From: an uncultured Actinomycetes bacterium
GTDB taxonomy: Bacteria > Actinomycetota > Thermoleophilia > Gaiellales > Gaiellaceae
Reading direction: 5' to 3'
DNA: 64,000 bases
Assembly (NCBI GenBank): GCA_963704335.1
Contig: OY969889.1
Span: 1,481,745-1,545,744 of the forward strand
A program made the translations under genes and the position numbers. The notes beneath the pieces are model-generated. The model had not been told where the DNA came from and ran no database searches. It saw nothing but the letters and a program-made list of their open reading frames with translations. Below, one piece after another: positions 52,881 through 64,000 of this stretch (its first letter is position 1; every line of letters starts with the position of its first letter).

Positions 52881-55800
52881 GCGGACGCGGCGAGCAGGGC
52901 TTCCGCCTCGCGGATGTGGCGCGCCGCTCCTACCGATCGGAAGAACTCCAGCGCGCGCTCGACCTGCTGCGGCTCGCCGGACTGCAGGCGTGCGTGCGCC
53001 TCGTCCACCACGTCGCCGATCGCTGCGAGCCGATCCGCGGCATCGGCGTACCGTCCGTCGAGCAGCGCTAGGCCTGCAGCCGCCCACGGGTTCGTCGCCA
53101 CGGGAACGAGGACGCCGCGCAGGTGGTCGGGGAGATCCTGCTGAGCCGTCAAGAACACATCCATGAGCACGTCGAGCAAGGGGGCGAAGTCGGACACGGC
53201 GCGCTCCAGCTCCGAAGTTGCGCTATCCACCTCGTCCTGCAGGTTCAGCTCGGTGGCAACCCGTAATGACGTGGCCAACGCAGGCAGGTACACCTGCACA
53301 TCCCTGCCGCGCCGGGCGATGTCCAGGGCCAGCTCTGCATCCTCACGCGCGCCGGACTCGTCCCCGCGCGCGAGCCGGATCAACGCCCGTCGGGTTCGAA
53401 CGTAGCTCTCGGCGTAGTCAGGCTTCAGCTCGCTTTCGGCAACAAGCTCGTCCGCTAGCTCCATCGCCTCGTCCCACCGCCCAAGCGAGTAGACATGCCA
53501 GCAAACGACGCTTCGGGCATACCGGTACAGCGGTCGATCACCGAACTGCTCGGCGAGGCCTACGCTCTCCTGCCGGAAGTGAAGAGCCCGACGTATGTCT
53601 CCCATCCGGGACGTCATCGCGGCAAGGTTGTTGTAGCCGCGAGCGGCCTCGGGCGAGTTGACGGCGAGGGCGATCTCGATGCTGCGCTCGATGTCCGCCA
53701 TCCCCGCTGAGAAGTCGCCGGCATTTCCCTTGGCGAGTGCGATGTTGTTCAGCGCGTTCGCCCGGAGCTCGTCGAGCCCCAGCTGCTCCGCGATGGCGAG
53801 GGCTTCCTCGCCGGCGTCGATCGCACCCTCTTTGTCGGCCGCGAGTGCGCGGTAGCGCGAGACCTGGCTTAACACTCTCGCCTTGGCCCGGCTTGGGGCT
53901 TCATCCCGGATGAGCCTCTCGGCACGGGTGAGATGCTCGAAGCACCGATCGCGCTCGGCGACGTACCACCAAGCTTCCGCAAGTAGGGCATCCGCCTCCG
54001 CTGCCCGCTCACTCGCCCCGGATGCAGCGAGCGCATCCCGTGCTTCTTCGAGCGCGACTATCGCCTTCTCGTCCCCGGAGCGATGGAGCGCCTGGGCATG
54101 GCGAAACTGGAGCTCCGGCTCCGGCGCCTCGGCCGTCGCGAGCGCCTCGCCGTAGTAACGGGCCGCGCCGCCGTAGGCGTACAGCCCGTACGCCCGGTCG
54201 CCCGCCTCGCGCAGCGCACGGTGTGCGGGAGCCTTCAGTGACGACGTGACCACGCCGGCCGCCCGGCTCAGCTCGAGCGCGGCGAGGTAGTGGTACGCGA
54301 GCATCTCGGCGTTGTCTTCTGGGCGTCCCAGGGATTCGATCCAGCTCGCAGCGAGGCGATGCTTCTCGGCGCGTTCAGCACGTGGCATCTGCCCGTAGGC
54401 GACGTCGCGGACCAGCAAGTGCCTGAACGCGTACTCCGTCTCTCCTGAGACGGTGGGCCGTCGTTCCCGCCGCACGAACTCCTTGCGCTCGAGCCCGTGC
54501 AACCTCTCCTCGAGGGCCCACGGCTCGCTGCCGGAGAGATGCGCTACCGCACCGAGCCAGAACACCTTCCCCAGCACCGCCGCGTCCTGGAGCGCTTGCT
54601 TCTCCTCGGTCGCGAGCGCGTCGAGGCGCGCCGCGACGATGCCCTGCACCGTCTCGGGGAGCTCGTCGGGCTGCCTGCCCTCGGCCACGAGGCGCGCGAA
54701 TTCCTCGGCGTAGAGCGGATTCCCCTCCGCCCTCTGGAGCAGCCGCTGCTGAAGCTCTGCCGGCAGGACCGCTTGGTCGAGGAGCGCATGCACGATCTGC
54801 GCCGTCTCCGTGTCCGTGAGCGACGAGAGGGAGAGCGTGAGAGCGTTCGCCTTGCCGCCGCCCCAACCTGGCCGCCGTGCGAGCAGCTCCGGCCGCGCTG
54901 TGCCGATCACAAGCAGGGGCGCGCCGGTTGCCCACTCGACGAGATAGTCGACGAAGTCGAGCAGGCCGTCGTCGGCGAAGTGGAGATCCTCGAAGACCAG
55001 CACCAGAGGCCGTGTCTCGGCCATCGCCTCGAAGAACCGCCGCCACGCGGAGAACGCCTCGCCGCGGCGGTCGGCGCCGAGCTCTGATTCTGCACCCAAC
55101 CCCACGAGCGGAAGCAGGTTGCGCTCGACCCACTCCGCTTCCCGCTGCTCGGCAAAGACGTCCGCGATCGCGCGACCCAACTTCGTGGAGACCTCGCCTT
55201 CGTCGTCGGTGTCGAGGATGCCGGCCTGTGCCTTGACGATCTCGGCGAGCGCCCAGTAGGAGACGCCTTCGCCGTAGGGGAGGGAGCGGCCCTGACGCCA
55301 GGTCGTAAGGTCCGGCTCGGCATGCAGGCCGCGGAAGAGCTCGAAGACGAGGCGGCTCTTGCCGATCCCCGGGACGCCGACGATTGTGACGAGCTGCGGC
55401 TCTCGCTCGGTGCGAGCGCGGGCGAGCGCTGCGGTCAGCGCGTCGAGCTCACGTTCGCGGCCCACGAGGGGCGTGCGACCGATCTGCCGGACGTCGACGC
55501 CGTAGCGGGCACGGGCTTGCAGGGCTTCGTAGACGGCGACGGGCCTCGCCTTTCCCTTCGCATCGACTGGCTCCGCCTCCCGGAACTCGATCGCTCGCTC
55601 GGTCGCCCGGAACGTCGTCTCGTCGACGAGGATGCCGTCCGTAGGAGCGGCGGACTGCAGGCGGGCCGCCGTGTTGACCACGTCGCCCGCGGCCATGCCC
55701 TCGCCCTCCTCGGGCCGTGCCCCAAGCTGCACGAGCGTCTCGCCGGTTGTGATGCCCACGCGCACGTGCAGCTCCCGCGAGTCGTCGGCGTCGCTGAGCT

Positions 55801-56161
55801 CCGCGATCGCGTCTCTGACGGCAAGAGCGGCGCGGACGGCGCGCTCCGGATCGTCCTCGCGCGCAATCGGCGCGCCGAAGATCGCCATCACGGCGTCGCC
55901 GATGAACTTCTCGACGGTGCCGCCGTAGCGCTCTAGCTCCCAGCGCACGCGCTCGTGGTACCCGGACAGGATCGTCCGGACGTCCTCAGGGTCGAGCTGC
56001 TCTACCTGTGCCGTGAAGCCGACGAGATCTGCGAAGAGGACGGAGACCACCTTGCGCTCCTGCCGCGCCTCGGGCAGATCCGCCGCCACTGACGCCCCGC
56101 ATGCGTTGCAGAACCTGGCGCCGGCGGGATTCTCCTGGCCGCAACTCGGACAGGCGATCAC
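52877..56161 (-). CDS. multidomain signalling protein: zinc-ribbon + class III adenylate/guanylate cyclase + STAND/AAA ATPase + TPR repeats
   Basis: CPSCGQENPAGARFCNACG; cyclase core VVSVLFADLVGFT...FIGDAVMAIFGAP...GDVVNTAARL; P-loop VGVPGIGKS; long TPR-like C-terminal region. GTG 56161 is preferred over ATG 56233, which would overlap the upstream gene with Arg/Ser/Pro-rich sequence. Confidence 0.82.
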   Translation of the reverse strand: MIACPSCGQENPAGARFCNACGASVAADLPEARQERKVVSVLFADLVGFTAQVEQLDPEDVRTILSGYHERVRWELERYGGTVEKFIGDAVMAIFGAPIAREDDPERAVRAALAVRDAIAELSDADDSRELHVRVGITTGETLVQLGARPEEGEGMAAGDVVNTAARLQSAAPTDGILVDETTFRATERAIEFREAEPVDAKGKARPVAVYEALQARARYGVDVRQIGRTPLVGRERELDALTAALARARTEREPQLVTIVGVPGIGKSRLVFELFRGLHAEPDLTTWRQGRSLPYGEGVSYWALAEIVKAQAGILDTDDEGEVSTKLGRAIADVFAEQREAEWVERNLLPLVGLGAESELGADRRGEAFSAWRRFFEAMAETRPLVLVFEDLHFADDGLLDFVDYLVEWATGAPLLVIGTARPELLARRPGWGGGKANALTLSLSSLTDTETAQIVHALLDQAVLPAELQQRLLQRAEGNPLYAEEFARLVAEGRQPDELPETVQGIVAARLDALATEEKQALQDAAVLGKVFWLGAVAHLSGSEPWALEERLHGLERKEFVRRERRPTVSGETEYAFRHLLVRDVAYGQMPRAERAEKHRLAASWIESLGRPEDNAEMLAYHYLAALELSRAAGVVTSSLKAPAHRALREAGDRAYGLYAYGGAARYYGEALATAEAPEPELQFRHAQALHRSGDEKAIVALEEARDALAASGASERAAEADALLAEAWWYVAERDRCFEHLTRAERLIRDEAPSRAKARVLSQVSRYRALAADKEGAIDAGEEALAIAEQLGLDELRANALNNIALAKGNAGDFSAGMADIERSIEIALAVNSPEAARGYNNLAAMTSRMGDIRRALHFRQESVGLAEQFGDRPLYRYARSVVCWHVYSLGRWDEAMELADELVAESELKPDYAESYVRTRRALIRLARGDESGAREDAELALDIARRGRDVQVYLPALATSLRVATELNLQDEVDSATSELERAVSDFAPLLDVLMDVFLTAQQDLPDHLRGVLVPVATNPWAAAGLALLDGRYADAADRLAAIGDVVDEAHARLQSGEPQQVERALEFFRSVGAARHIREAEALLAASA

Positions 56162-56171
56162 GCCCAGAAGC

Positions 56172-57059
56172 CTAGGCGCTGGAAGCGCCGAACTCGGCCG
56201 CGGCCTCCTCGAGCGTGTAGACCGGGCCGACACACACGTCCTCGTCGTCGAAGATCTCGAGCCATTCGGCGAGTGATCGTGTCTCGAAGATGGCGCTCAG
56301 ATCCTCGGCTGCCGATGGGTCGTAGTGGCGCTCGAGGAGGTCGGGCCGCTCGATGAGCTCACATAGGCGCAGCCAGAACTTCGGCTCGAGTGCGCCCACG
56401 GTGAGAAAGCGGCCGTCCGCCGTCCCGTAGATGCGAAAGCACGGCGGGCCGCCCGTGAGCACCTTCGGCACGGGGTCGCCGCCGAGCCGGTGGGCAGCCA
56501 GCTTGTGCGAGCCGTGTGTCATCGAGATGACTATGTGTCGCCCCATGCCGGTTCGACCGCGCTCGAGCAGCGCCGCGAGGATCTCGACGACAGCACCCAT
56601 GGCGCCGGCGGCGAGATCTGCAACCTGCGTCGGCGCCACGGCCGGCGCCGTGTCGGCCAGAAGGCCTGCCCAGCCGACGTAGTTGATGTCGTGCCCGGCC
56701 CTGTGCGCGTGCCTGCCCTCTGCGCCGAAGCCCGTAATCGCGCAGTAGACGCCACGCTCGGGTACGCGGAGCCCGAGCCGCTCGAAGACGCCCGGCCGGA
56801 ACCCGTCGAGGATGACGTCTGCCTCGTTGCACCACGCCTGCGCCTCGGCCAGGCCGACGCCCTTGAGGTCGAGCTCGACTATCTCCTTGCCGCGGTTGAT
56901 CGCCTCGTACCAGGCAGGGGCGTTCATGCGCATCGGCTCGCCCCCCGGCTCCTCGATCTTCACGACCCGCGCGCCCAGCCGCATGAGCTCGCGGCTCGCA
57001 TACGGGCCGGGCAGCTGGCGAGTGAAGTCGACGACGAGGTGGCCGGCGAGCGGTTGCAT
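56172..57059 (-). CDS. family III CoA-transferase (CaiB/BaiF type)
   Basis: MQPLAGHLVVDFTRQLPGPYASRELMRLGARVVKIE.PGG.... Confidence 0.82.
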   Translation of the reverse strand: MQPLAGHLVVDFTRQLPGPYASRELMRLGARVVKIEEPGGEPMRMNAPAWYEAINRGKEIVELDLKGVGLAEAQAWCNEADVILDGFRPGVFERLGLRVPERGVYCAITGFGAEGRHAHRAGHDINYVGWAGLLADTAPAVAPTQVADLAAGAMGAVVEILAALLERGRTGMGRHIVISMTHGSHKLAAHRLGGDPVPKVLTGGPPCFRIYGTADGRFLTVGALEPKFWLRLCELIERPDLLERHYDPSAAEDLSAIFETRSLAEWLEIFDDEDVCVGPVYTLEEAAAEFGASSA

Positions 57060-57090
57060 CCGCGGCGAACCTACCACTACGCTTCTCGCG

Positions 57091-57109
57091 TTGACTGACC
57101 GGTCAATCG
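57091..57109. promoter_or_regulatory. candidate TetR operator, site 1 (TTGACTGACCGGTCAATCG)
   Basis: Contains the perfect palindrome TGACCGGTCA. It lies in the 31-nt divergent spacer and overlaps the TetR start. 17/19 identical to site 2 at 61210-61228. Confidence 0.6.
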
Positions 57110-57702
57110 CCTCGCAGGAGAAGCGGCGGCAGATCCTGGACGCCGCCGTTCGCACGTTCGCGAGCAAGGGTTACCACGCCTCGCGCGTCGGAGACATCGC
57201 CGAGGAGGCAGGCGTCGCGTACGGGCTCGTCTATCACTACTTCCCGTCCAAGGCGGACGTGCTGGAGACGATCTTCCGCGAGACATGGACGGAGCTGCTG
57301 GCGGCCATCCGCGACGTCGAGGAAGCGGCGGTGCCGGCGGCGGAGCAACTGCGGCAGGTGACGGCGATCCTCCTGCGCGCGTGGAGGCGCCAGCCCGACC
57401 TCGTCCGCGTGCTCGTGCGTGAGGTCGCGCGCAGCCCCGGCGTGCAGCAGCGCGTGGACGAGATCGGCGAGGTGTTCGCCGCTCTGGAGCGCATCGTCGC
57501 GCGGGGCCAGGCGGCCGGCGAGTTTCGCCCGGACATCGAACCGCGCCTCGCGAGCTGGATCGTCTACGGCGCGATCGAGGAGATCCTCACCGGCTGGGTG
57601 CTGGGGCAGCTTCCCGACGGCGACGACGAGGTTGCACTGGCCGAGCGGACCGTCGTCTCGCTCGTCGTCTCCGGCCTCTCGCCTGCGGCGGGGGCGGCAT
57701 GA
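57091..57702 (+). CDS. TetR/AcrR-family transcriptional regulator
   Basis: TTG 57091 is the only in-frame start before the HTH: (M)TDRSIASQEKRRQILDAAVRTFASKGYHASRVGDIAEEAGVAYGLVYHYFPSKADVL. Confidence 0.85.
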   Translation: MTDRSIASQEKRRQILDAAVRTFASKGYHASRVGDIAEEAGVAYGLVYHYFPSKADVLETIFRETWTELLAAIRDVEEAAVPAAEQLRQVTAILLRAWRRQPDLVRVLVREVARSPGVQQRVDEIGEVFAALERIVARGQAAGEFRPDIEPRLASWIVYGAIEEILTGWVLGQLPDGDDEVALAERTVVSLVVSGLSPAAGAA

Positions 57703-58927
57703 ACTCCACCCGCAGCTCGCTCATCTGGTTGCTCGGGCTAGGCGCCTTCGGGCTCGCGTTCTCGATCACAACGACCGCCGCCTATCTGCCGCCGCTGCTC
57801 GCGGAGTTCACGGACTCGCAGACCGTGATCGCCGCCGTGCTCGCCGCAGAAGGGCTGTTCGCGCTCACGGTGCCGCTCGTGATCGGGCCCTGGAGCGACA
57901 CGTTCCTGACGCCGATGGGCCGCCGCCGGCCGTTCATGCTCGCCGCGCTCTGGCCCATGGGCTTCTGCCTGGCGTTGCTGGCATTCATGCCGAACCTCTT
58001 GACCACGGCATTCGTCGTGATGGCGTTCTTCTTCGCCTACTACGTCTACGAGCCGCCGTATCGAGGCCTCTACCCCGACCTCCTGCACGAGAGCGTCTTC
58101 GCTCGTTCCCAGGGCGTCCAGCACATCCTGCGCGGCGTCGCACTCGGCGCCGCCCTCGTCGGCGGCGGCTTCCTGCTCAGCGTGTGGGACCCGGCGCCGT
58201 TCATGCTCGCCGCTGTCGTCACGACGGTGGCCTGCGGCGCGGTCGTGCGCTGGGTCAGAGAGGACGGCGGCGAGAGCCGCGTCTACAAGGGCATTCGCGC
58301 GTACGTCGGGATGAGCCGCGACATCTTCCTGCACCTGCCCGACGTCCGGATGTTCCTGTTCGCCATGGCGTGCTGGGAGGGGACGTTCGCCGCCATGAGG
58401 ACCTTCGTCGTCCTATACGTGGTGGAGGGCCTCGACCAGTCGCTGGCGGTCTCCTCGACGATTCTCGCCACCGTGGCCGCCGGCTACACCTGCGCCGCGC
58501 TCCTTGCCGGGCCGATCGGCGACCGTGTCGGCGCCGCCCGCGTCGTCTTCTGGTCCTCGATCGTGTACGCCACCGGCCTGCTCATAGCGGGCTTCGCCCA
58601 GAGCTGGCAGAGCTGGTACTACGGGATCATCTTCCCGGTCGCCGTCGCCGGCGGCATGGTGATGACGCTGTCGTGGGCCATCCTCTTCCGCCTGATGCCG
58701 CCCGAGCAGCGTGGCGCAATCTCGGGCATCGCGACGACGACGAAGGGCTGGGCGCTCATCTTCGGACCACTGGTGGCAGGGTTGCTGATCGACCTCTTCG
58801 AGCCGTATCTCGACGCCACCGACGGGTACCAGATCCTCTGGCCGTTCTGTGCGCTGCTCGTGCTGGCGTCGATCCCGATCGTCGCGCGCGTCTGGAAACT
58901 GGTGGAGGCTTCGGAGCCGGAGCCGGT

Positions 58928-58931
<4 letters not shown>
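57699..58931 (+). CDS. MFS transporter
   Basis: ATGA overlap with the TetR gene. 410 aa, about 12 TM segments, ...GPWSDTFLTPMGRRRPF.... Confidence 0.8.
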
Positions 58932-60118
<1,187 letters not shown>

Positions 60119-60127
60119 GGATTGAGG

Positions 60128-61162
60128 TTAGTCGAGCAACGCGGACAGCGCGGCGTCGACGTCGTCCTCGGTGTTGTAGAGGTGGAACGAGGCCCGCAGC
60201 GAGCCGTTGCGCACGGCCGTGCGAATCCCCGCTTGCAGCAGCCGCTCCTCGGCCCCGGGGAGGTCGGCCGAGACGATGGCGGAATTGCCCTCGGCCAGCC
60301 CCAGGCCGACGCGGAAGCGGTTGGCGAGCGCGAGGTTGTGGTCGTGGACGGCTTCGACGCCGACATCGCGCAGCACGGCGAGCGCCGGCTCGGTCGCGAC
60401 CCAGGAGAACCAGGCAGGGGAGAGGTCGAGTCGGCTCGCGTCCTCCGCCAGCCGGAGCTCGGGGTCGTAGTAGTGCCCGTATCGGTCGCCGGCGGCAAAC
60501 CAGTTGGCGGCGAGCGGCGGCGTTTGCTCGAGGGCCCGCTCGCTCACCGCGAGGAAGGCGGTGCCGCGCAGCGACATCAGCCACTTGTACGCCGCGCAGG
60601 CGACCGCGTCGAACTGCGAGGCATCGAACGGCAGCCAGCCGACGGCATGGGTGGCGTCGACCATCGAGAACGCGCCGTGGGCCGCGGACGCGGCGGCCAG
60701 GCCGTCGAGGTCTGCGACCGTGCCGTCGGACGACTGCACTGCGCTGAAGGCGACGACGTCGGTCTCGCTGTCGATCGCGTCGGCCAGCTCGTCGAGCGGC
60801 GCCGTCGTGATGTCGAAGCGACCCTGCGCGAGGAAGGGCCATGTGAGCGAGCTGAAGTCGACTCTCGGCACGAGCACGCGCGAGCCGTCCGGGATGCCCG
60901 ACGCGACGAGAGCGACCAGGTAGGAGACGCTCGCTCCCGTGGCCACGCGCTCTGCCGGCAATCCGACGAGTGCGGCGAAGTGGTCGCGAGCACGGTCGGT
61001 CGCGTCGCACCACTCCTCCCAGCTCGTGCGGCCGTGGCGCCAGTCGGCGAGAGCTTGCTCCAGGGCGTCCCAGGCCGGCGCGGGCGGGAGGCCGAATGAC
61101 GCGGTGTTCAGATACGTCCCCACCGGCTGCCACAACGCGCGCGCTTCAGAGATCTCGAGCAC
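60128..61162 (-). CDS. class V-fold PLP-dependent aminotransferase family protein
   Basis: ...YLNTASFGLPP...VDATHAVGWLPFD......D.V.CAAYKWL (PLP-Lys context). 344 aa. 9 nt upstream of gcdH. Confidence 0.75.
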   Translation of the reverse strand: MLEISEARALWQPVGTYLNTASFGLPPAPAWDALEQALADWRHGRTSWEEWCDATDRARDHFAALVGLPAERVATGASVSYLVALVASGIPDGSRVLVPRVDFSSLTWPFLAQGRFDITTAPLDELADAIDSETDVVAFSAVQSSDGTVADLDGLAAASAAHGAFSMVDATHAVGWLPFDASQFDAVACAAYKWLMSLRGTAFLAVSERALEQTPPLAANWFAAGDRYGHYYDPELRLAEDASRLDLSPAWFSWVATEPALAVLRDVGVEAVHDHNLALANRFRVGLGLAEGNSAIVSADLPGAEERLLQAGIRTAVRNGSLRASFHLYNTEDDVDAALSALLD

Positions 61163-61209
61163 CGGGCAATCATCCCATCCTTGACCCGGAGCGGCGTCTC
61201 GTCATATTA

Positions 61210-61228
61210 TTGACTGACTAGTCAATCG
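61210..61228. promoter_or_regulatory. candidate TetR operator, site 2 (TTGACTGACTAGTCAATCG)
   Basis: Contains the perfect palindrome TGACTAGTCA. It sits in the 83-nt divergent spacer between the aminotransferase-gcdH operon and the acyl-CoA dehydrogenase gene. Confidence 0.6.
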
Positions 61229-61245
61229 ATCGCTGAGGAGCCGAC

Positions 61246-62426
<1,181 letters not shown>

Positions 62427-62430
<4 letters not shown>

Positions 62431-63602
62431 GAAGCCAGCGCGCGCTGGAAGGGCGGGAGGAAGCCGGGAGAGAAGCGGACGTCGCCGAGCCACGCCGCCA
62501 GGCGCTCGGCTTCGCGCTCGACCGCCTCCACCGCCTCAGCGCCGACATCCTCGAGGAGCTTGAACGCAATCTCGCCTTCGCGCCGTTGCGACCAGCCGCC
62601 GACGACGCGCCCGTCCCACCACACGGTTGGCCCGGCGTTGCCGTTCGAATCGAAGAGAACCGATGCGTGCTCGCCGAGGTACCAGTCGCGCTCCTTCCAG
62701 CCCATCGTGGTCGGGTCGAGCGTCGGCAGCAGGCCAGCCGCGGGCTCCAGCGGCTCGGTCGAGTCGAGGTCGTCCTCGAGCACGTAGGCCGTCGCGCCAT
62801 CGAGGTCGACCGTGGCGTGCGGCACGGCTGCGAGAGCCGCCCGCGCCTCACGCGCCGTCCAGCCGGTCCACCAGCGGATATCCGTTTCGGTTCCAGGCCC
62901 GAAGGTCGCCAACCAGCGCCTCAGGAGCTCGGCCTGTGCAGGGGCTGGATCGAGCCTCTCGATCTCGTGGCCGAGCCACATGACGGTGGGCACCCACCGG
63001 TACTGCCCGTTTACCCAGGTGCCTCGCGGGCGGCCGCGCGACACTCGTCCCTGCATCGCCAGCTGCAGCAGTACCCTGGCGCCCGCGCTCTGGGTCGTCT
63101 CCCAGCGCGTCCCGACAGCGAGCCGGAGACGCTTCGCCAGCAGCGGGACGGTCTTCGCCAGATCGACGGTGAACGCTTCGCCCCGCTGCTCGAGCGCTTG
63201 GAGCGCAGCGTTGGACGCCCGGTCGAGCCAGGCCGCGGGGCGACTCGAGATTCCGCTCTCCGCGATCCACTGCTCGAGCCGGCGCCGCTGGCGAGCCTCG
63301 ATCGTCGTGGAGCACGCCGCTTGGACGACTGGGACGAGGTCGCGCGACACGACAAACAGCGTGCCGCGCATCCCGAGCATGCGGACGAGCGTGCGCTCGT
63401 CATACAGCTCCCGCTCGATGTCCTCCGGCGCGACGCCGGTCGTGCGTGCCTGCACCGACAGAAAGACGGTTACGGCGTCGGTGGAATGGAGCGCCACCAG
63501 GCTTCGCGCAGTCTCGAGGGCGCTGCCGGCGCGCTCGCCTGGATGGATCCGGTGGCGCCGGACGAGTCGAGATCTCCGCTCATCGATGCCGATCCGGTGC
63601 AC
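62427..63602 (-). CDS. winged-helix DNA-binding domain protein (YcaQ/AlkZ-like, DUF1006-type)
   Basis: ...ALETARSLVALHSTDAVTVFLSVQAR......E..LYDERTLVRMLGMRGTLFVV... is as I recall for the AlkZ/YcaQ family. GTG start. Confidence 0.6.
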
Positions 63603-63620
63603 GCGCCGTAGGATCGCACG

Positions 63621-64000
63621 ATGGCGATCGAGATCGACCTGTCGGGACGTGTCGCCCTTGTCACGGGCGGCTCGCGGGGCCTCGGGCGCCAGGACGCGCT
63701 CGTGCTCGCACAGGCGGGCGCCGACGTGGTCATCGCCGACATCCAGATCGAGTCCGACGAGTCGGAGGACGTCGCCGAGTACGGCGCGTTAGCGCAGGTG
63801 GCGAAGGCTCAGGGTCTCGTCTACTCGGAGCAGACGGCGAAGGAGATCCAGGAGCTCGGCCGCCGCTCGGCCGCCATCAAGTGCGACGTGACCGACAACG
63901 GCCAGGTCGAGGCGACCGTGGCACGGGTGGTCAACGAGATGGGCTCGGTGGACATCCTCGTGAACAACGCCGCGACGCTCGACCACGTGGGGCAGCTGGG
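63621..64000 (+). CDS. SDR-family oxidoreductase, C-terminus beyond window
   Basis: MAIEIDLSGRVALVTGGSRGLGRQDALVLAQAGADVVIADI...ILVNNAAT. Open to the window end, so absent from the ORF track. Confidence 0.8.
   Translation, partial: MAIEIDLSGRVALVTGGSRGLGRQDALVLAQAGADVVIADIQIESDESEDVAEYGALAQVAKAQGLVYSEQTAKEIQELGRRSAAIKCDVTDNGQVEATVARVVNEMGSVDILVNNAATLDHVGQL

Noticed and set aside
56162-56233. ATG 56233 as the start of the cyclase/STAND gene.
   Set aside because: It would add 24 Arg/Ser/Pro-rich residues encoded within the CoA-transferase 3' end. GTG 56161 sits directly before the zinc-ribbon motif and avoids the 62-nt overlap. The start remains unproven.

Overview
Very GC-rich (judged by eye, not computed), gene-dense chromosomal segment with actinobacterial-type coding style: frequent GTG/TTG starts, many 1-4 nt start/stop overlaps, and Arg/Ala/Pro-rich spurious ORFs on the non-coding frames. 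I call 60 protein-coding genes (two truncated by the window edges), one tRNA-Pro(CGG), no rRNA, no CRISPR and no recognisable transposase or integrase.

Functional blocks:
- 1-8.4 kb: Ku, SSB paralogue, tRNA-Pro, small housekeeping genes, an MqnD-like gene.
- 8.4-29.7 kb: a purine/urate catabolism supercluster. It holds an aldehyde dehydrogenase, an AllC-like amidohydrolase, a bicupin, DUF3830, membrane urate hydroxylase PuuD, OHCU decarboxylase, HIU hydrolase, an 8-oxoguanine-deaminase-like amidohydrolase, a BMP-type nucleoside ABC importer, three-subunit xanthine dehydrogenase and adenine deaminase. A visibly lower-GC two-gene insert interrupts it.
- 29.7-34.5 kb: crotonases, USP, UbiB kinase, HtrA.
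- 34.6-51.2 kb: a 12-gene co-directional array in which cydAB and cydDC are separated by ndh, glycogen/trehalose-type hydrolases, zwf, a GMC oxidoreductase, an MFS transporter and an epimerase.
- 51.2-64 kb: a proline-racemase-family gene with an apparent frameshift, a zinc-ribbon/adenylate-cyclase/STAND/TPR protein, and a TetR-linked glutaryl-CoA-type module.

Most interesting signals:
- A SelW/Rdx-like mini-gene with an in-frame TGA at the CxxU position plus a SECIS-like hairpin. The ORF track cannot show it.
- Two about 160-nt elements of identical architecture (13-bp closing stem that differs between copies, conserved 20+19 nt core blocks, variable apical hairpin). One sits in sense orientation just 3' of each of two divergent orphan genes.
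- A near-identical 19-nt palindromic operator at two divergent promoters around a TetR gene.
- Recurrent CTAG stop/stop overlaps at convergent gene pairs.
- A structured 169-nt spacer inside the nucleoside ABC operon.
- A lower-GC vWA-lipoprotein plus coiled-coil membrane protein pair of unknown function.
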